In this document: in pieces, positions 41,647 to 51,172 of the stretch
Numbering within the stretch: position 1 is the first letter of the stretch
Layout of the letters: the number at the start of each line of letters is the position of its first letter
Assembly: GCA_964611755.1 (NCBI GenBank)
Contig: CAZTBB010000007.1
Span: 490-64,489, forward strand
Length of the DNA stretch: 64,000 bases
Source: an uncultured Pseudobdellovibrionaceae bacterium
Lineage (GTDB): Bacteria; Pseudomonadota; Alphaproteobacteria; Micavibrionales; Micavibrionaceae
Reading direction: 5' to 3'
Notes under the pieces: generated by a model
Database searches by the model: none
What the model was told of the DNA's origin: nothing
What the model saw: only the letters and a program-made list of their open reading frames with translations
Translations under genes and position numbers: made by a program

Positions 41647-41674
41647 TTGACAAATCTTAATTATTCGTTAATAT
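41647..41674 (+). promoter_or_regulatory. Candidate sigma70-type promoter for the giant adhesin gene, overlapping a TTAA-N7-TTAA (CtrA-box-like) motif
   Basis: TTGACA (41647-41652), 16-nt spacer, TAATAT (41669-41674). TTAAttattcgTTAA at 41657-41671. Confidence 0.3.
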
Positions 41675-41757
41675 AGTGTCTTATTCATTGAAAGTTTACG
41701 GGATTCTCGTCTAAAACAAGACTTTAGAGAGACTCTCTTGGAATAAGGAAAAAAGTG

Positions 41758-44700
41758 ATGGCGGGTACTTCAGGAAATAATATTTCGAACAATAACGGAA
41801 ATGCGATTGTAATACGCAAACCGGGAACAAGCGGCGAGGCGCAAAGAATTGCCCTTCAGGATGGCGCTCAATACGTTCTTGATTTCGATGTATCCAACAT
41901 TATCGCTGCTTATCGTAAGGGTTCTGATTTTATCATCCGCTTCAAGGATGGATCATCTGTTGTTCTTGAAAATGCCGGCGCCCTGGATGGCGTTGAGTTT
42001 TTATTGGCCAATGGCGCGCATGTATCTCTGGACAGCATGTTGTCATCCATGGCGATGTCTTTGGACGCACAGGGCGTGATTGGCGAGACGGCTCTTGAAT
42101 CTGTGGCGGCCGCCGATGATGAAATGAATATTGATGAAATCGCTTTAGCGGTTCAAAACCTATTGAACGCAGGCAATATCGGTGAAGCCGAGCAGTTAAT
42201 GGCACAATATGCCGTTGATGTTGCAAGTCTTGAAACCGCCGCAGGGTTTGATCCATCTGTATTGGCCGCGATTGAACCGGCCGCAGGTGAGGGTGCGCTA
42301 TCCGGATCAAATGGTTTTGGTTTCCAAAGCAGCTTTAGAGGCGCTGATATTAACCCGATTGATGCGATTGGTGTGATTGGCGAGACAGAATTGTCGCCGG
42401 ATCTTCCGGAAGCCGCCGACCAGCCATTTGCTCTGTTCTCGGCATCTTCAACGCCATCATCAACACCAACACCTCCGCAATCTCCCGAGATTGTAGCCAA
42501 TGATTCTGAGGCTCCCGAAGACGGCAGCACGTTCTCCGATCTTGTTATTACGCCTGTTTTGCAAACATCATCTCTTGAAATTGTGATTTCCGGTATTCAA
42601 TCTGGCTGGAATGTATCTGGCCCTGGCGTGTTTGATTCAAATGCAGGCACATACACTGTGACTCTAGGCCCGGGTGAGACATTTACTAATCCTGAGTTTT
42701 TCACGCCAGCCGACAGCGACGTGGATATGAACGGGTTAGTTGTTACAGTGACCGAAACTGACCTTGTAACCGGTGATGGCTTTACGAATTCCGCTACATT
42801 CAACATTGTCGTTGATGCGATTGCGGATACACCGAATTTGGCAGTAACAGCGTCAACAGAAGATGAGAATGACCCGGCTGATATCAACATTTCAACATCA
42901 CCGAATGACCGTGATGGATCAGAAGAAATTATCGAAGTTATCCTTTCTGGAGTGCCAACAGGCTTTACACTGAGCGCAGGTACATTTGATGCAACAACAG
43001 GCAATTGGACCTTATTGCCAACCGAGCTTGCAGGTCTCCAAATTACACCGCCAAATGGCTATGTCGGGACAATCAATTTGCGTGCAGAAACAATTGTACG
43101 CGAAGTAAATTTGAGCGGTACCGAGCCGGATCTTACAAATAATGAAGCCCGCGCGACATATGATTTCCCTGTGACGTGGAATCCCACTATAACCGGCGGT
43201 GTTATTGATGTTAATAATGGCGTTGCAGACGCTGTTTTAAAAGAAGACGGCTCCGTTGATGTTCCAGTTGTAGCAACATTAAATCCGGCCAATTCCGGGA
43301 ACGAAATACTTAAACTTACCCTTTCAGGTCTTGATTTAACATTATTGCAATCATTTTCCGCCTCCGATTATGCGGGCGCATCATGGACACGCGTTGCGGG
43401 AACGCCTGATAATAATGCCAGTTTCGAAATTACGCTGCCCGCAGGAACAGGTTACATAGGTACATTTAATTTTGTGTCTTTGCCGGATGCTGATTTCGAT
43501 CAAACGGCTCTTCGCCTGACGGCAACAGCAACAGAGCCATCGAACAATGCGACTGCAACAGATACGGTAGATTTTAATGTGATTGGCGATGCCGTCGTTG
43601 ATACACCGACACTGGTAGTTAATAATCTGACGGGGGAAGAGCAAACAGCCGTTACATTCCCTATCACAACAAATATTACAGATAATGACGCGGGTTTGGG
43701 CCGCCCTGTAACATCCGAAGTGATTGAAAAAATAGAAATTTCAGGACTGCCTGCGGGTGCGTCTTTGAATGCTGGCTCATTTTCGAATGGCGTTTGGACA
43801 TTGACACCATCAGAATTGGCCGGCTTGGAAATCAATCTGGGCACAGCGGCTATTGGGACATATACATTGTCTATCACAACATTTGCAGTTGACCAGAATT
43901 TAAGCGGCTCGGAAGATGATTTCAGTGATAACAGAACCAGTGTTACAGAAACAATAACGCTGACAATCACGCCGGACGATATTCCCGAGTTTGATGAGAA
44001 TCCAAATGGTGATGCCGGTGTTGGTATCGTTGATGAAAGCGGCTTTCTGGGCATTAACGCGCCAGCCGGCAGCGAGACGGTCAACGGCACAATCACCGCC
44101 GATTTCAAAGGCGATGGCCCGGGTACATACAGCGTGAATAACAGCTTTAGCTTTAGCGGCTCTGTTTTGACGAGCAACGGTAACATGCTCTCGCAAGGTG
44201 AAGAAGTAACCGTATCCCAAAGCGGCAATGGCTATATTGGTACGGCGGGTGGTCGCACCGTATTCACCATCACATTGAATGGTACAACAGGTGAATATGA
44301 ATTCCGTTTGCTGGATCAATTGGATCATGCCGATGGTGGCAATGCCAACGATCTTGTGAATTTATTCTTTGGCGTGCGCGCCACAGATAATGATGCGGTT
44401 AACCCTGATAGTGATGATAGTGTTATTCGTATTGTTGTATTGGATGATGCGCCAATCGCAAATGATGATATCAACAGCTTCGACAGCAATCTGACAAATA
44501 CAACATCCGGGAATGTGATTGCAGGCCAGAATGGCGGTGCAAATGCTGCCGATAGTGAATCTTTCGATGAATTTACATCCGGCCCGGTGAATAAAATTAC
44601 ATCCATTACATTTGGCGGCACGACTGTGAATTTGACGGATGATACATCCTTCTTCCGTATCGATGGTCAGGATGGCTATCTTCAAATCCGCGCAGATGGC

Positions 44701-47700
44701 CAATACACATACACATTGTTCAACAATGCGGTGGCAACAAATGGTCAGTTTACAGATCAGTTTACATACACGTTAACAGATTTTGATGGGGATAGTGATA
44801 CAGCTGTCCTGACAATTATCGCTGCCGATGATGACGTTCCCGAGTTTGATGAGAATCCAAACGGAGAAGCAGCAGTCGGCGCGGTTGATGAAACAGATTT
44901 TGATAATGCCCCAATTGGTAGCGATACGATTAGCGGCACAATCACCGCTGATTTCAAAGGTGATGGCCCGGGTACATACAGTGTGAATAATTTCTTCACA
45001 TTTAGCGGTTCTGCAAAAACGCAAAATGCAAATCTTCTCTCGCAAGGCGAAGAGGTTAATGTTGCGCAAAACGGCAATGGTTATGTCGGTACGGCGGGTG
45101 GTCGCACCGTATTCACCATCACATTGAACCCGACAACGGGCGCTTATGAATTCCGTTTGCTGGATCAATTGGATCATGCAGACGGTTCGGATGCGAATGA
45201 GATTATCAATCTATATTTCGGTGTACGCGCCACAGATAACGACGCGGTTAACCCCGATAGTGACGACAGCGTGATCAAAATTATTGTGATTGATGATGCG
45301 CCAATCGCAAATGATGATATCAATAGCTTCGACAGCAATCTGACAAATACAACATCCGGGAATGTGATTACAGGCCAGAATGGCGGCGCTACGGCGGCGG
45401 ATAATCCATCCAATGATGAATTTACATCCGGCCCGGTGAATAAAATTACATCCATTACATTTGGCGGCACGACTGTGAATTTGACGGATGATACATCCTT
45501 CTTCCGTATCGATGGTCAGGATGGCTATCTTCAAATCCGTGCAGATGGTCAATACACATACACATTGTTCAACAATGCGGTGGCAACAAATGGCCAGTTT
45601 ACAGATCAGTTTACATACACGCTGACAGATTTCGATGGTGACAGCGATACAGCTGTCCTGACAATTATTGCGGCCGATGACGATATTCCTGAGTTTGATG
45701 AAGATCCGAACGGGAATGTTGATAGCCAGATTGTTGATGAAACAGACTTTGGTGTAAACCCGCTTGGCAGCGATAGCGTCAGCGGTACAATCACCGCTGA
45801 TTTCAAAGGTGATGGCCCGGGCACATACAGCGTGAATGGAACATTCACATTTGGTGGATCGGCCCTGAGCCAGAATGGCAATTTGCTCTCCAAGGGTGAA
45901 GAAGTAACCGTATCCCAAAATGGCAATGGTTATGTAGGGACGGCGGGTGGTCGCACAATATTCACCATCACATTGAACCCGACGACGGGTGCTTATGATT
46001 TTGTTTTGGAGGATGTTCTTGATCACGCCAATCCAAATAACCCGAATGATGTGATTAACCTGTATTTCGGTGTGCGTGCCACAGATAATGATGCGGTTAA
46101 CCCCGATAGTGATGATGGACGCATTCGCATTCAGGTGCGCGATGATGCACCAAGTGCAACAACTCTATTTGGTGTTGTGCATGAAGATGGCCTGGATAAT
46201 AACGGCACAATCTCTCTGACGCGCGATATGGATATGGACTTTGGTGAAGACGGCCCTGGCGCCATCACAGCTTCTAATAAATTCGAAGCTGTTTATGAAA
46301 TGAATGGCGCGCCTAGAGACCTTTATTCAGGTGGCAATCTCGTGACTGTTACACAAAGCGGTAACAACTACATTGGTACAGCCAATGGCGAGACTGTTTT
46401 CTCATTGGTGATTGATCCGGCCACCGGGCGTCACACATATTTCCAGTTCAAAGCACTTGACCATGATTCATCAGGCCAGGGCGATAGCGTAATCTGGTTG
46501 AAATTCTATGTGAATATCACTGATTATGACGGCGATTCAATCGAGGCCATTATCGGCATTGATGTGACAGACGGTTTCCCGGTTGCCAATGATGATGTCA
46601 ACAGCTTTGACAGTGATGTAGCAACAATCACCAGCGGTAACGTGATTACAGGACAGAACGGCGGCGCAGGGGCAGCGGATAACCAATCCAACGATGATTT
46701 TGACTCGGTTACCCCGAACAATAAAATCACGTCTGTGAGCTTTGGCGGCACGACTGTGAACTTGACGGATGATACATCCTTCTTCCGCATTGACGGGCAG
46801 GATGGATATTTGGTGATCCGTGCAGATGGTCAATACACATACACATTGTTCAACAATGCGGTGGCAACAAACGGTCAATACACAGACCAGTTCACATACA
46901 CGCTGACAGATTTTGACGGCGACAGTGATACGGCAACGCTGACTATTGTTGGTGCCGATGATGACATTCCCGAGTTTGATGAAGATCCGAACGGCAATGC
47001 CGATACAGGCAACGTTGATGACGGCGATATTACAGATATCGTAAATGGTACAATTACAGCGGACTTTGGTAATGATGGTCCAGGTACATATTGTGTGAAC
47101 GGCACAGGCGGTTTCAGCTTTTCAGGCGCAGCTTTGAGCCAGAATGGTAATCTGCTTTCACAAGGCCAGGAAGTCATCGTCACAGCATCCGTGAATGGCA
47201 ACAGCTACACAGGGACAGCCGGTGGCCGTACGGTCTTTACATTGACGCTTGATGAAAACTCAGGTCAGTGGCAGTTCCGTTTGATTGATACATTGGACCA
47301 TTCCAACCCGAATTCTCCAAACGAAGCCATTAATCTGTTCTTTGATGTGATTGCAAAAGACAATGATGCAGGCACACCGGATACAGATCAAAGCCACATC
47401 AGAATTATTGTGCGTGATGATGCACCGGTTGCTAATGATGATAACAATGACTTTGATGCGAATAACGCCACTACAACAAGCGGTAACGTGATTACAGGTC
47501 AGAATGGCGGTGCCGGCGCAGCCGACAGCCTTAGCAATGATGAATTTGCATCCGGCCCGGCCAATAAAATTACGCAAGTAACATTTGGCGGCACGACTGT
47601 AAATCTTACAAATGATACATCCTTCTTCCGCATTGACGGGCAGGATGGGTATTTGTTGATCCGTTCGGATGGTCAATACACCTACACATTGTTCAACAAT

Positions 47701-49572
47701 GCGGTGGCGACAGCCGGTCAGTATACAGATGAGTTTATCTACACATTGACAGACTCCGATGGTGACAGTGACACAGCCACATTGAGCATTAGTGCCGATG
47801 AAATTGTGAACATCACACCACCAACCGTTGATTTGAAGTTGAATGGATCAGATAACTTGGTTGAGTTCTGTGTCAAGGAAGACACAACCGGAACATTGAA
47901 TGTGCGTGCAGATGTGGCCGATGGGACTGGCAATGAGACATTGACAATTACTATTCAGGGTGTTGATGCATCGTGGAATGTGAACCTGCCGAATGGTTGG
48001 GTTAATCTTGGCGGCGGCACTTATCGCATCATATTGAACAACACAACAAGCTATGATGATGATATTACATTCCGTGCCCCTGCGAATAGTGACATTGATA
48101 TGAGTAATGTGCGTGTGACAGCAACAGTCAGTGATCCTGACACAAACACAACAGATAGTGAGAGTGATACATTTGATATCGTTGGTGATGCGGTCGCGGA
48201 TAATTTTGATGTAGGATATAATTACTACAATCAAGGCGGATCCTTCCAAACACAAGACGCTATTTTGAATTTGGATTGGCAGACCGAGACATGGGGTAAG
48301 AACCAAAATCGTCTTCCGATTACACGTGAATTGAGTGATGTTGTGGCCATTTCACAGCCGGCTGATCAGGACGGATCAGAAGAGATGCTGATCACTCTGA
48401 CGTTCACGGCGCTTTACCACACAGGAGCCACATCTTTCCCGATCGCGTTTGATACAGGGACATTGGTATCCAGCTCCGGTAATACATATGTTTGGCAGTT
48501 CACATATCAAGAATATCAAAATGCGACATTAACATCAGGTGGTCACCATTATGATCAGGCGGGTCGTTATCTTTTGAATGTGACGGTGACGAATACAGAA
48601 ACAAATCTGAGTGGTGATGAATGTGATACAACAGATAATCAGGTGACGTACAGCGCATCCGGTATCATCAATATCGGTGATCACAGTAGAACACCTCTTG
48701 TGATTGATCTGGATGGCGATGGCCTTGATCTGACAAGCCTGTACAACGCCGCCGTGAGCTTTGACCTTGATGGTGACGGCCAAGAGGAATACACAGGTTG
48801 GGTTCAGCCTGATGATGCCTTCTTGGTTATGGATTGGAACGGTGACGGTACTATCAATGACGGTACCGAGCTTTTCGGTGATGCAACAGGCTATGACGAT
48901 GGTTTCGCAGCTCTTGCAGCGCTGGATGAAAATGGCGATGGTGTGATTGACGCGCAGGATTCTCTGTTCTCACTTTTACAAATCTGGCAAGACTTGAACA
49001 GCAATGGAATTTCCGAAGCAAATGAATTGATGACAATGGATCAAATCGGCATCACAAGCTTGTCACTTGATGTGAACGACTATGTTGACATGGTTGAGGG
49101 TAATGGCGTTGTCGGTCAGACAATCGTAACATTTGCGGATGGATCAACTGTTGATATGTATGATGTTTACTTCCGCACGAACGAAGTCCCCGAAGGCGTG
49201 ACAGAGATTAATGGCACGGCTGCAAATGATATTATCGGCTCCACACTTGGAAGCGATATTATGACGGGTGGTGACGGTGCTGATATCTTCCACTTGATCC
49301 AGGGCGCGGACGGCACATTGGATGTGATTACAGATTTTGATGCAAGCGAAGGCGACCGTATTGATCTCTCACAAATGATCCAAGGCTATGACAACCTTCA
49401 GGGGATGATCGATAACTTTGTCTTCACAACAGAAGTGGACGGTAACACGGTTGTGTCTGTTGATCAGAGCGGCTCCGGCGATCGCAGCAATGCGGTGGAT
49501 GTTGTTATTCTTCAAGGTGCGAATGATTTGACGTTGGATCAAATCCTGAACACGGCGCAAGGCAACGTATAA
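41758..49572 (+). CDS. Giant type-I-secreted repeat adhesin (T1SS-143/VCBS-type modules, Ca-binding region, VCA0849-type C-terminal secretion domain)
   Basis: About 2,604 aa (ATG 41758; GTG 41755 is also possible). AAGGA RBS. Four tandem 283-427-aa modules, DxDGDG loops, a single 'GGDGADIF' nonapeptide, and the C-terminal 'DVITDFDASEGDRIDLSQ...VVSVDQSGSG...VVILQG'. Confidence 0.95.
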   Translation: MAGTSGNNISNNNGNAIVIRKPGTSGEAQRIALQDGAQYVLDFDVSNIIAAYRKGSDFIIRFKDGSSVVLENAGALDGVEFLLANGAHVSLDSMLSSMAMSLDAQGVIGETALESVAAADDEMNIDEIALAVQNLLNAGNIGEAEQLMAQYAVDVASLETAAGFDPSVLAAIEPAAGEGALSGSNGFGFQSSFRGADINPIDAIGVIGETELSPDLPEAADQPFALFSASSTPSSTPTPPQSPEIVANDSEAPEDGSTFSDLVITPVLQTSSLEIVISGIQSGWNVSGPGVFDSNAGTYTVTLGPGETFTNPEFFTPADSDVDMNGLVVTVTETDLVTGDGFTNSATFNIVVDAIADTPNLAVTASTEDENDPADINISTSPNDRDGSEEIIEVILSGVPTGFTLSAGTFDATTGNWTLLPTELAGLQITPPNGYVGTINLRAETIVREVNLSGTEPDLTNNEARATYDFPVTWNPTITGGVIDVNNGVADAVLKEDGSVDVPVVATLNPANSGNEILKLTLSGLDLTLLQSFSASDYAGASWTRVAGTPDNNASFEITLPAGTGYIGTFNFVSLPDADFDQTALRLTATATEPSNNATATDTVDFNVIGDAVVDTPTLVVNNLTGEEQTAVTFPITTNITDNDAGLGRPVTSEVIEKIEISGLPAGASLNAGSFSNGVWTLTPSELAGLEINLGTAAIGTYTLSITTFAVDQNLSGSEDDFSDNRTSVTETITLTITPDDIPEFDENPNGDAGVGIVDESGFLGINAPAGSETVNGTITADFKGDGPGTYSVNNSFSFSGSVLTSNGNMLSQGEEVTVSQSGNGYIGTAGGRTVFTITLNGTTGEYEFRLLDQLDHADGGNANDLVNLFFGVRATDNDAVNPDSDDSVIRIVVLDDAPIANDDINSFDSNLTNTTSGNVIAGQNGGANAADSESFDEFTSGPVNKITSITFGGTTVNLTDDTSFFRIDGQDGYLQIRADGQYTYTLFNNAVATNGQFTDQFTYTLTDFDGDSDTAVLTIIAADDDVPEFDENPNGEAAVGAVDETDFDNAPIGSDTISGTITADFKGDGPGTYSVNNFFTFSGSAKTQNANLLSQGEEVNVAQNGNGYVGTAGGRTVFTITLNPTTGAYEFRLLDQLDHADGSDANEIINLYFGVRATDNDAVNPDSDDSVIKIIVIDDAPIANDDINSFDSNLTNTTSGNVITGQNGGATAADNPSNDEFTSGPVNKITSITFGGTTVNLTDDTSFFRIDGQDGYLQIRADGQYTYTLFNNAVATNGQFTDQFTYTLTDFDGDSDTAVLTIIAADDDIPEFDEDPNGNVDSQIVDETDFGVNPLGSDSVSGTITADFKGDGPGTYSVNGTFTFGGSALSQNGNLLSKGEEVTVSQNGNGYVGTAGGRTIFTITLNPTTGAYDFVLEDVLDHANPNNPNDVINLYFGVRATDNDAVNPDSDDGRIRIQVRDDAPSATTLFGVVHEDGLDNNGTISLTRDMDMDFGEDGPGAITASNKFEAVYEMNGAPRDLYSGGNLVTVTQSGNNYIGTANGETVFSLVIDPATGRHTYFQFKALDHDSSGQGDSVIWLKFYVNITDYDGDSIEAIIGIDVTDGFPVANDDVNSFDSDVATITSGNVITGQNGGAGAADNQSNDDFDSVTPNNKITSVSFGGTTVNLTDDTSFFRIDGQDGYLVIRADGQYTYTLFNNAVATNGQYTDQFTYTLTDFDGDSDTATLTIVGADDDIPEFDEDPNGNADTGNVDDGDITDIVNGTITADFGNDGPGTYCVNGTGGFSFSGAALSQNGNLLSQGQEVIVTASVNGNSYTGTAGGRTVFTLTLDENSGQWQFRLIDTLDHSNPNSPNEAINLFFDVIAKDNDAGTPDTDQSHIRIIVRDDAPVANDDNNDFDANNATTTSGNVITGQNGGAGAADSLSNDEFASGPANKITQVTFGGTTVNLTNDTSFFRIDGQDGYLLIRSDGQYTYTLFNNAVATAGQYTDEFIYTLTDSDGDSDTATLSISADEIVNITPPTVDLKLNGSDNLVEFCVKEDTTGTLNVRADVADGTGNETLTITIQGVDASWNVNLPNGWVNLGGGTYRIILNNTTSYDDDITFRAPANSDIDMSNVRVTATVSDPDTNTTDSESDTFDIVGDAVADNFDVGYNYYNQGGSFQTQDAILNLDWQTETWGKNQNRLPITRELSDVVAISQPADQDGSEEMLITLTFTALYHTGATSFPIAFDTGTLVSSSGNTYVWQFTYQEYQNATLTSGGHHYDQAGRYLLNVTVTNTETNLSGDECDTTDNQVTYSASGIINIGDHSRTPLVIDLDGDGLDLTSLYNAAVSFDLDGDGQEEYTGWVQPDDAFLVMDWNGDGTINDGTELFGDATGYDDGFAALAALDENGDGVIDAQDSLFSLLQIWQDLNSNGISEANELMTMDQIGITSLSLDVNDYVDMVEGNGVVGQTIVTFADGSTVDMYDVYFRTNEVPEGVTEINGTAANDIIGSTLGSDIMTGGDGADIFHLIQGADGTLDVITDFDASEGDRIDLSQMIQGYDNLQGMIDNFVFTTEVDGNTVVSVDQSGSGDRSNAVDVVILQGANDLTLDQILNTAQGNV
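43975..47799 (+). repeat. Tandem in-frame coding repeats (units of 855, 849, 1281 and ~840 bp) inside the adhesin gene
   Basis: Unit boundaries at the recurring 'DD(I/V)PEFDE(N/D)PNG' codons at 43975, 44830, 45679 and 46960. Long stretches are nearly identical at nucleotide level between units 1 and 2. Confidence 0.9.
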
Positions 49573-49601
49573 ACGCTCTTCATTATTAAAATGGTATTTT
49601 T

Positions 49602-49633
49602 AAAAACCCGCTTGATAACTGGCGGGTTTTTTT
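49602..49633 (+). terminator. Intrinsic terminator after adhesin gene
   Basis: aaaaacccgc-loop-gcggg followed by a 7-T run. Confidence 0.75.
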
Positions 49634-49737
49634 AATGCCCCCCTTGTATCACTTGGCTCTTGCGTGCATAAAGAAAATTGGCTAGTTGTATAGGAATTCA
49701 AGAAAATATAGAAAATACAATCCGAAGGATTTTTAAA

Positions 49738-51150
49738 ATGAAGGTTATGATGAGTAAATCCCTGCACCGTTTTTGTTTAACTGTTTCGGCCGTTGCCTTG
49801 ATTGGCCTTGGCGCCGGATCAGTAAACGCAGAAGATTCGCGCGATGAGACAAATGTAACACTGGGACAGGCGGTTCAAGTGGGTATTTCGACAAATCCGG
49901 AATACGGGACTGTGGCGGCCAACCGCCGCGCCACGGACGAAGAATTGGCACAAGGCCGTTCTCTTTATTTGCCATCTGTAGACCTTCGCGGTGATACGGG
50001 TTTTGAGCATACGGATGACCCCGGGACAAGAGGCGGTCTTGATCCGGATGATGAGGAAAACCTTTTCCGCTATGAAATTGGCTTGACGCTCACACAGCTT
50101 TTATTTGACGGCTTTGAGTCATATTACGAAATTGAGCGCCAAAAAGCGCGTGTTCAATCCGCAGCAGACCGCGTGCGTGAAACAGAAGAGCTTGTCGGTT
50201 TGGCGATTGTCGAGGCGTATCTTGAGGTTCTTCGCCAGCGTCAATTGCTGTTTATTGCCCGTCAAAATGTGCAAGAGCATGTTGATATCATGTCCTTGAT
50301 TGAAAGCGGTGTAACCGGCGGACGATCAACACAGGCCGATTTGGCACAGATTCAAGCCCGTTTGGCGCAGGCGCGCGCAACAGAGGCAAACACATTGCAA
50401 TCTCTTCGAAATGCGGAAGCAGCGTATCGCCGTGAAGTCGGACAAGCTCCTGGTGATCTTCGCTTGCCGACAGTGCCGTTTAATCAACTTGCCGGTGATG
50501 TCGAGACAGAAGTCGAGCAAGCCTTGGCTATGAGCCCAACCTTGGATATTTTTGCCTCTGATATTGAGGTGGCTTATGCCGAGAGTGAGCAAACGAAGTC
50601 TACGTTCTACCCGCAGCTTGATCTTCAGTTAAATGCCCGTCAAGGCGATGATCTGGGCGGTGTTGAAGGCCGTGACACAAGCGCCTCGGCTCTGGTTGTT
50701 TTGAACTGGAACCTCTATCGCGGTGGTCAAGATACGGCCAGGGCGCGTGAATTTATTCACAGACACCAACAAACAAAAGAAGAGCGTACAGATGCGGCGC
50801 GTACATTGGAAAATGATGTACGCCAGACATGGGCCTCTATGATTGCCTCTGGTGAGCGCGCCAAGCAGTTTGCGAAGCAAGCGGACGCCAATGTTCAGGT
50901 TGTGAACGCTTATAAAGACCAGTTCAACATCAATAGACGTACATTGCTGGATGTGCTGGATGCACAAAATGAGCTTTTCGTATCACGCAGCAACACAATT
51001 GATGCTGAATTTGTTGAGATGATTGGCGCATATCGTCTTTTGGCCCTGAAAGGAAAGCTTTTGCCGGCACTTGGTGTGGAATACACAGCCGAAACAGCCG
51101 TGGCACAAAGAGATTCATGGAAATCAGATGAAAAGATGGATGCCCGTTAG
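49738..51150 (+). CDS. tolC: TolC family type I secretion outer-membrane protein
   Basis: Signal peptide 'MKVMMSKSLHRFCLTVSAVALIGLGAGSVNA'. Two OEP-type repeats ('LTLGQAVQVGISTNPEY', 'LEQALAMSPTLD'), 'LNWNLYRGG', 'TLLDVLDAQNELF'. Confidence 0.9.
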   Translation: MKVMMSKSLHRFCLTVSAVALIGLGAGSVNAEDSRDETNVTLGQAVQVGISTNPEYGTVAANRRATDEELAQGRSLYLPSVDLRGDTGFEHTDDPGTRGGLDPDDEENLFRYEIGLTLTQLLFDGFESYYEIERQKARVQSAADRVRETEELVGLAIVEAYLEVLRQRQLLFIARQNVQEHVDIMSLIESGVTGGRSTQADLAQIQARLAQARATEANTLQSLRNAEAAYRREVGQAPGDLRLPTVPFNQLAGDVETEVEQALAMSPTLDIFASDIEVAYAESEQTKSTFYPQLDLQLNARQGDDLGGVEGRDTSASALVVLNWNLYRGGQDTARAREFIHRHQQTKEERTDAARTLENDVRQTWASMIASGERAKQFAKQADANVQVVNAYKDQFNINRRTLLDVLDAQNELFVSRSNTIDAEFVEMIGAYRLLALKGKLLPALGVEYTAETAVAQRDSWKSDEKMDAR

Positions 51151-51172
51151 GCCTTCTTCGAATGAATGAATT

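Noticed and set aside
43500-46026. Multiple long antisense ORFs inside the adhesin gene (e.g. 43500-44228, 44773-45177, 45211-46026 on the minus strand)
   Set aside because: They repeat with the same period as the sense-strand coding repeats and have low-complexity, Cys/Ile-rich translations. The biased GAT/GGT/ACA codon content of the sense gene removes antisense stops, which produces these ORFs as artefacts.
41758-49572. Interpretation of the giant protein as a pore-forming RTX toxin
   Set aside because: It has only one GGxGxD nonapeptide, no hydrophobic pore-forming domain and no acyltransferase (rtxC-like) gene. The architecture is that of a repeat adhesin.
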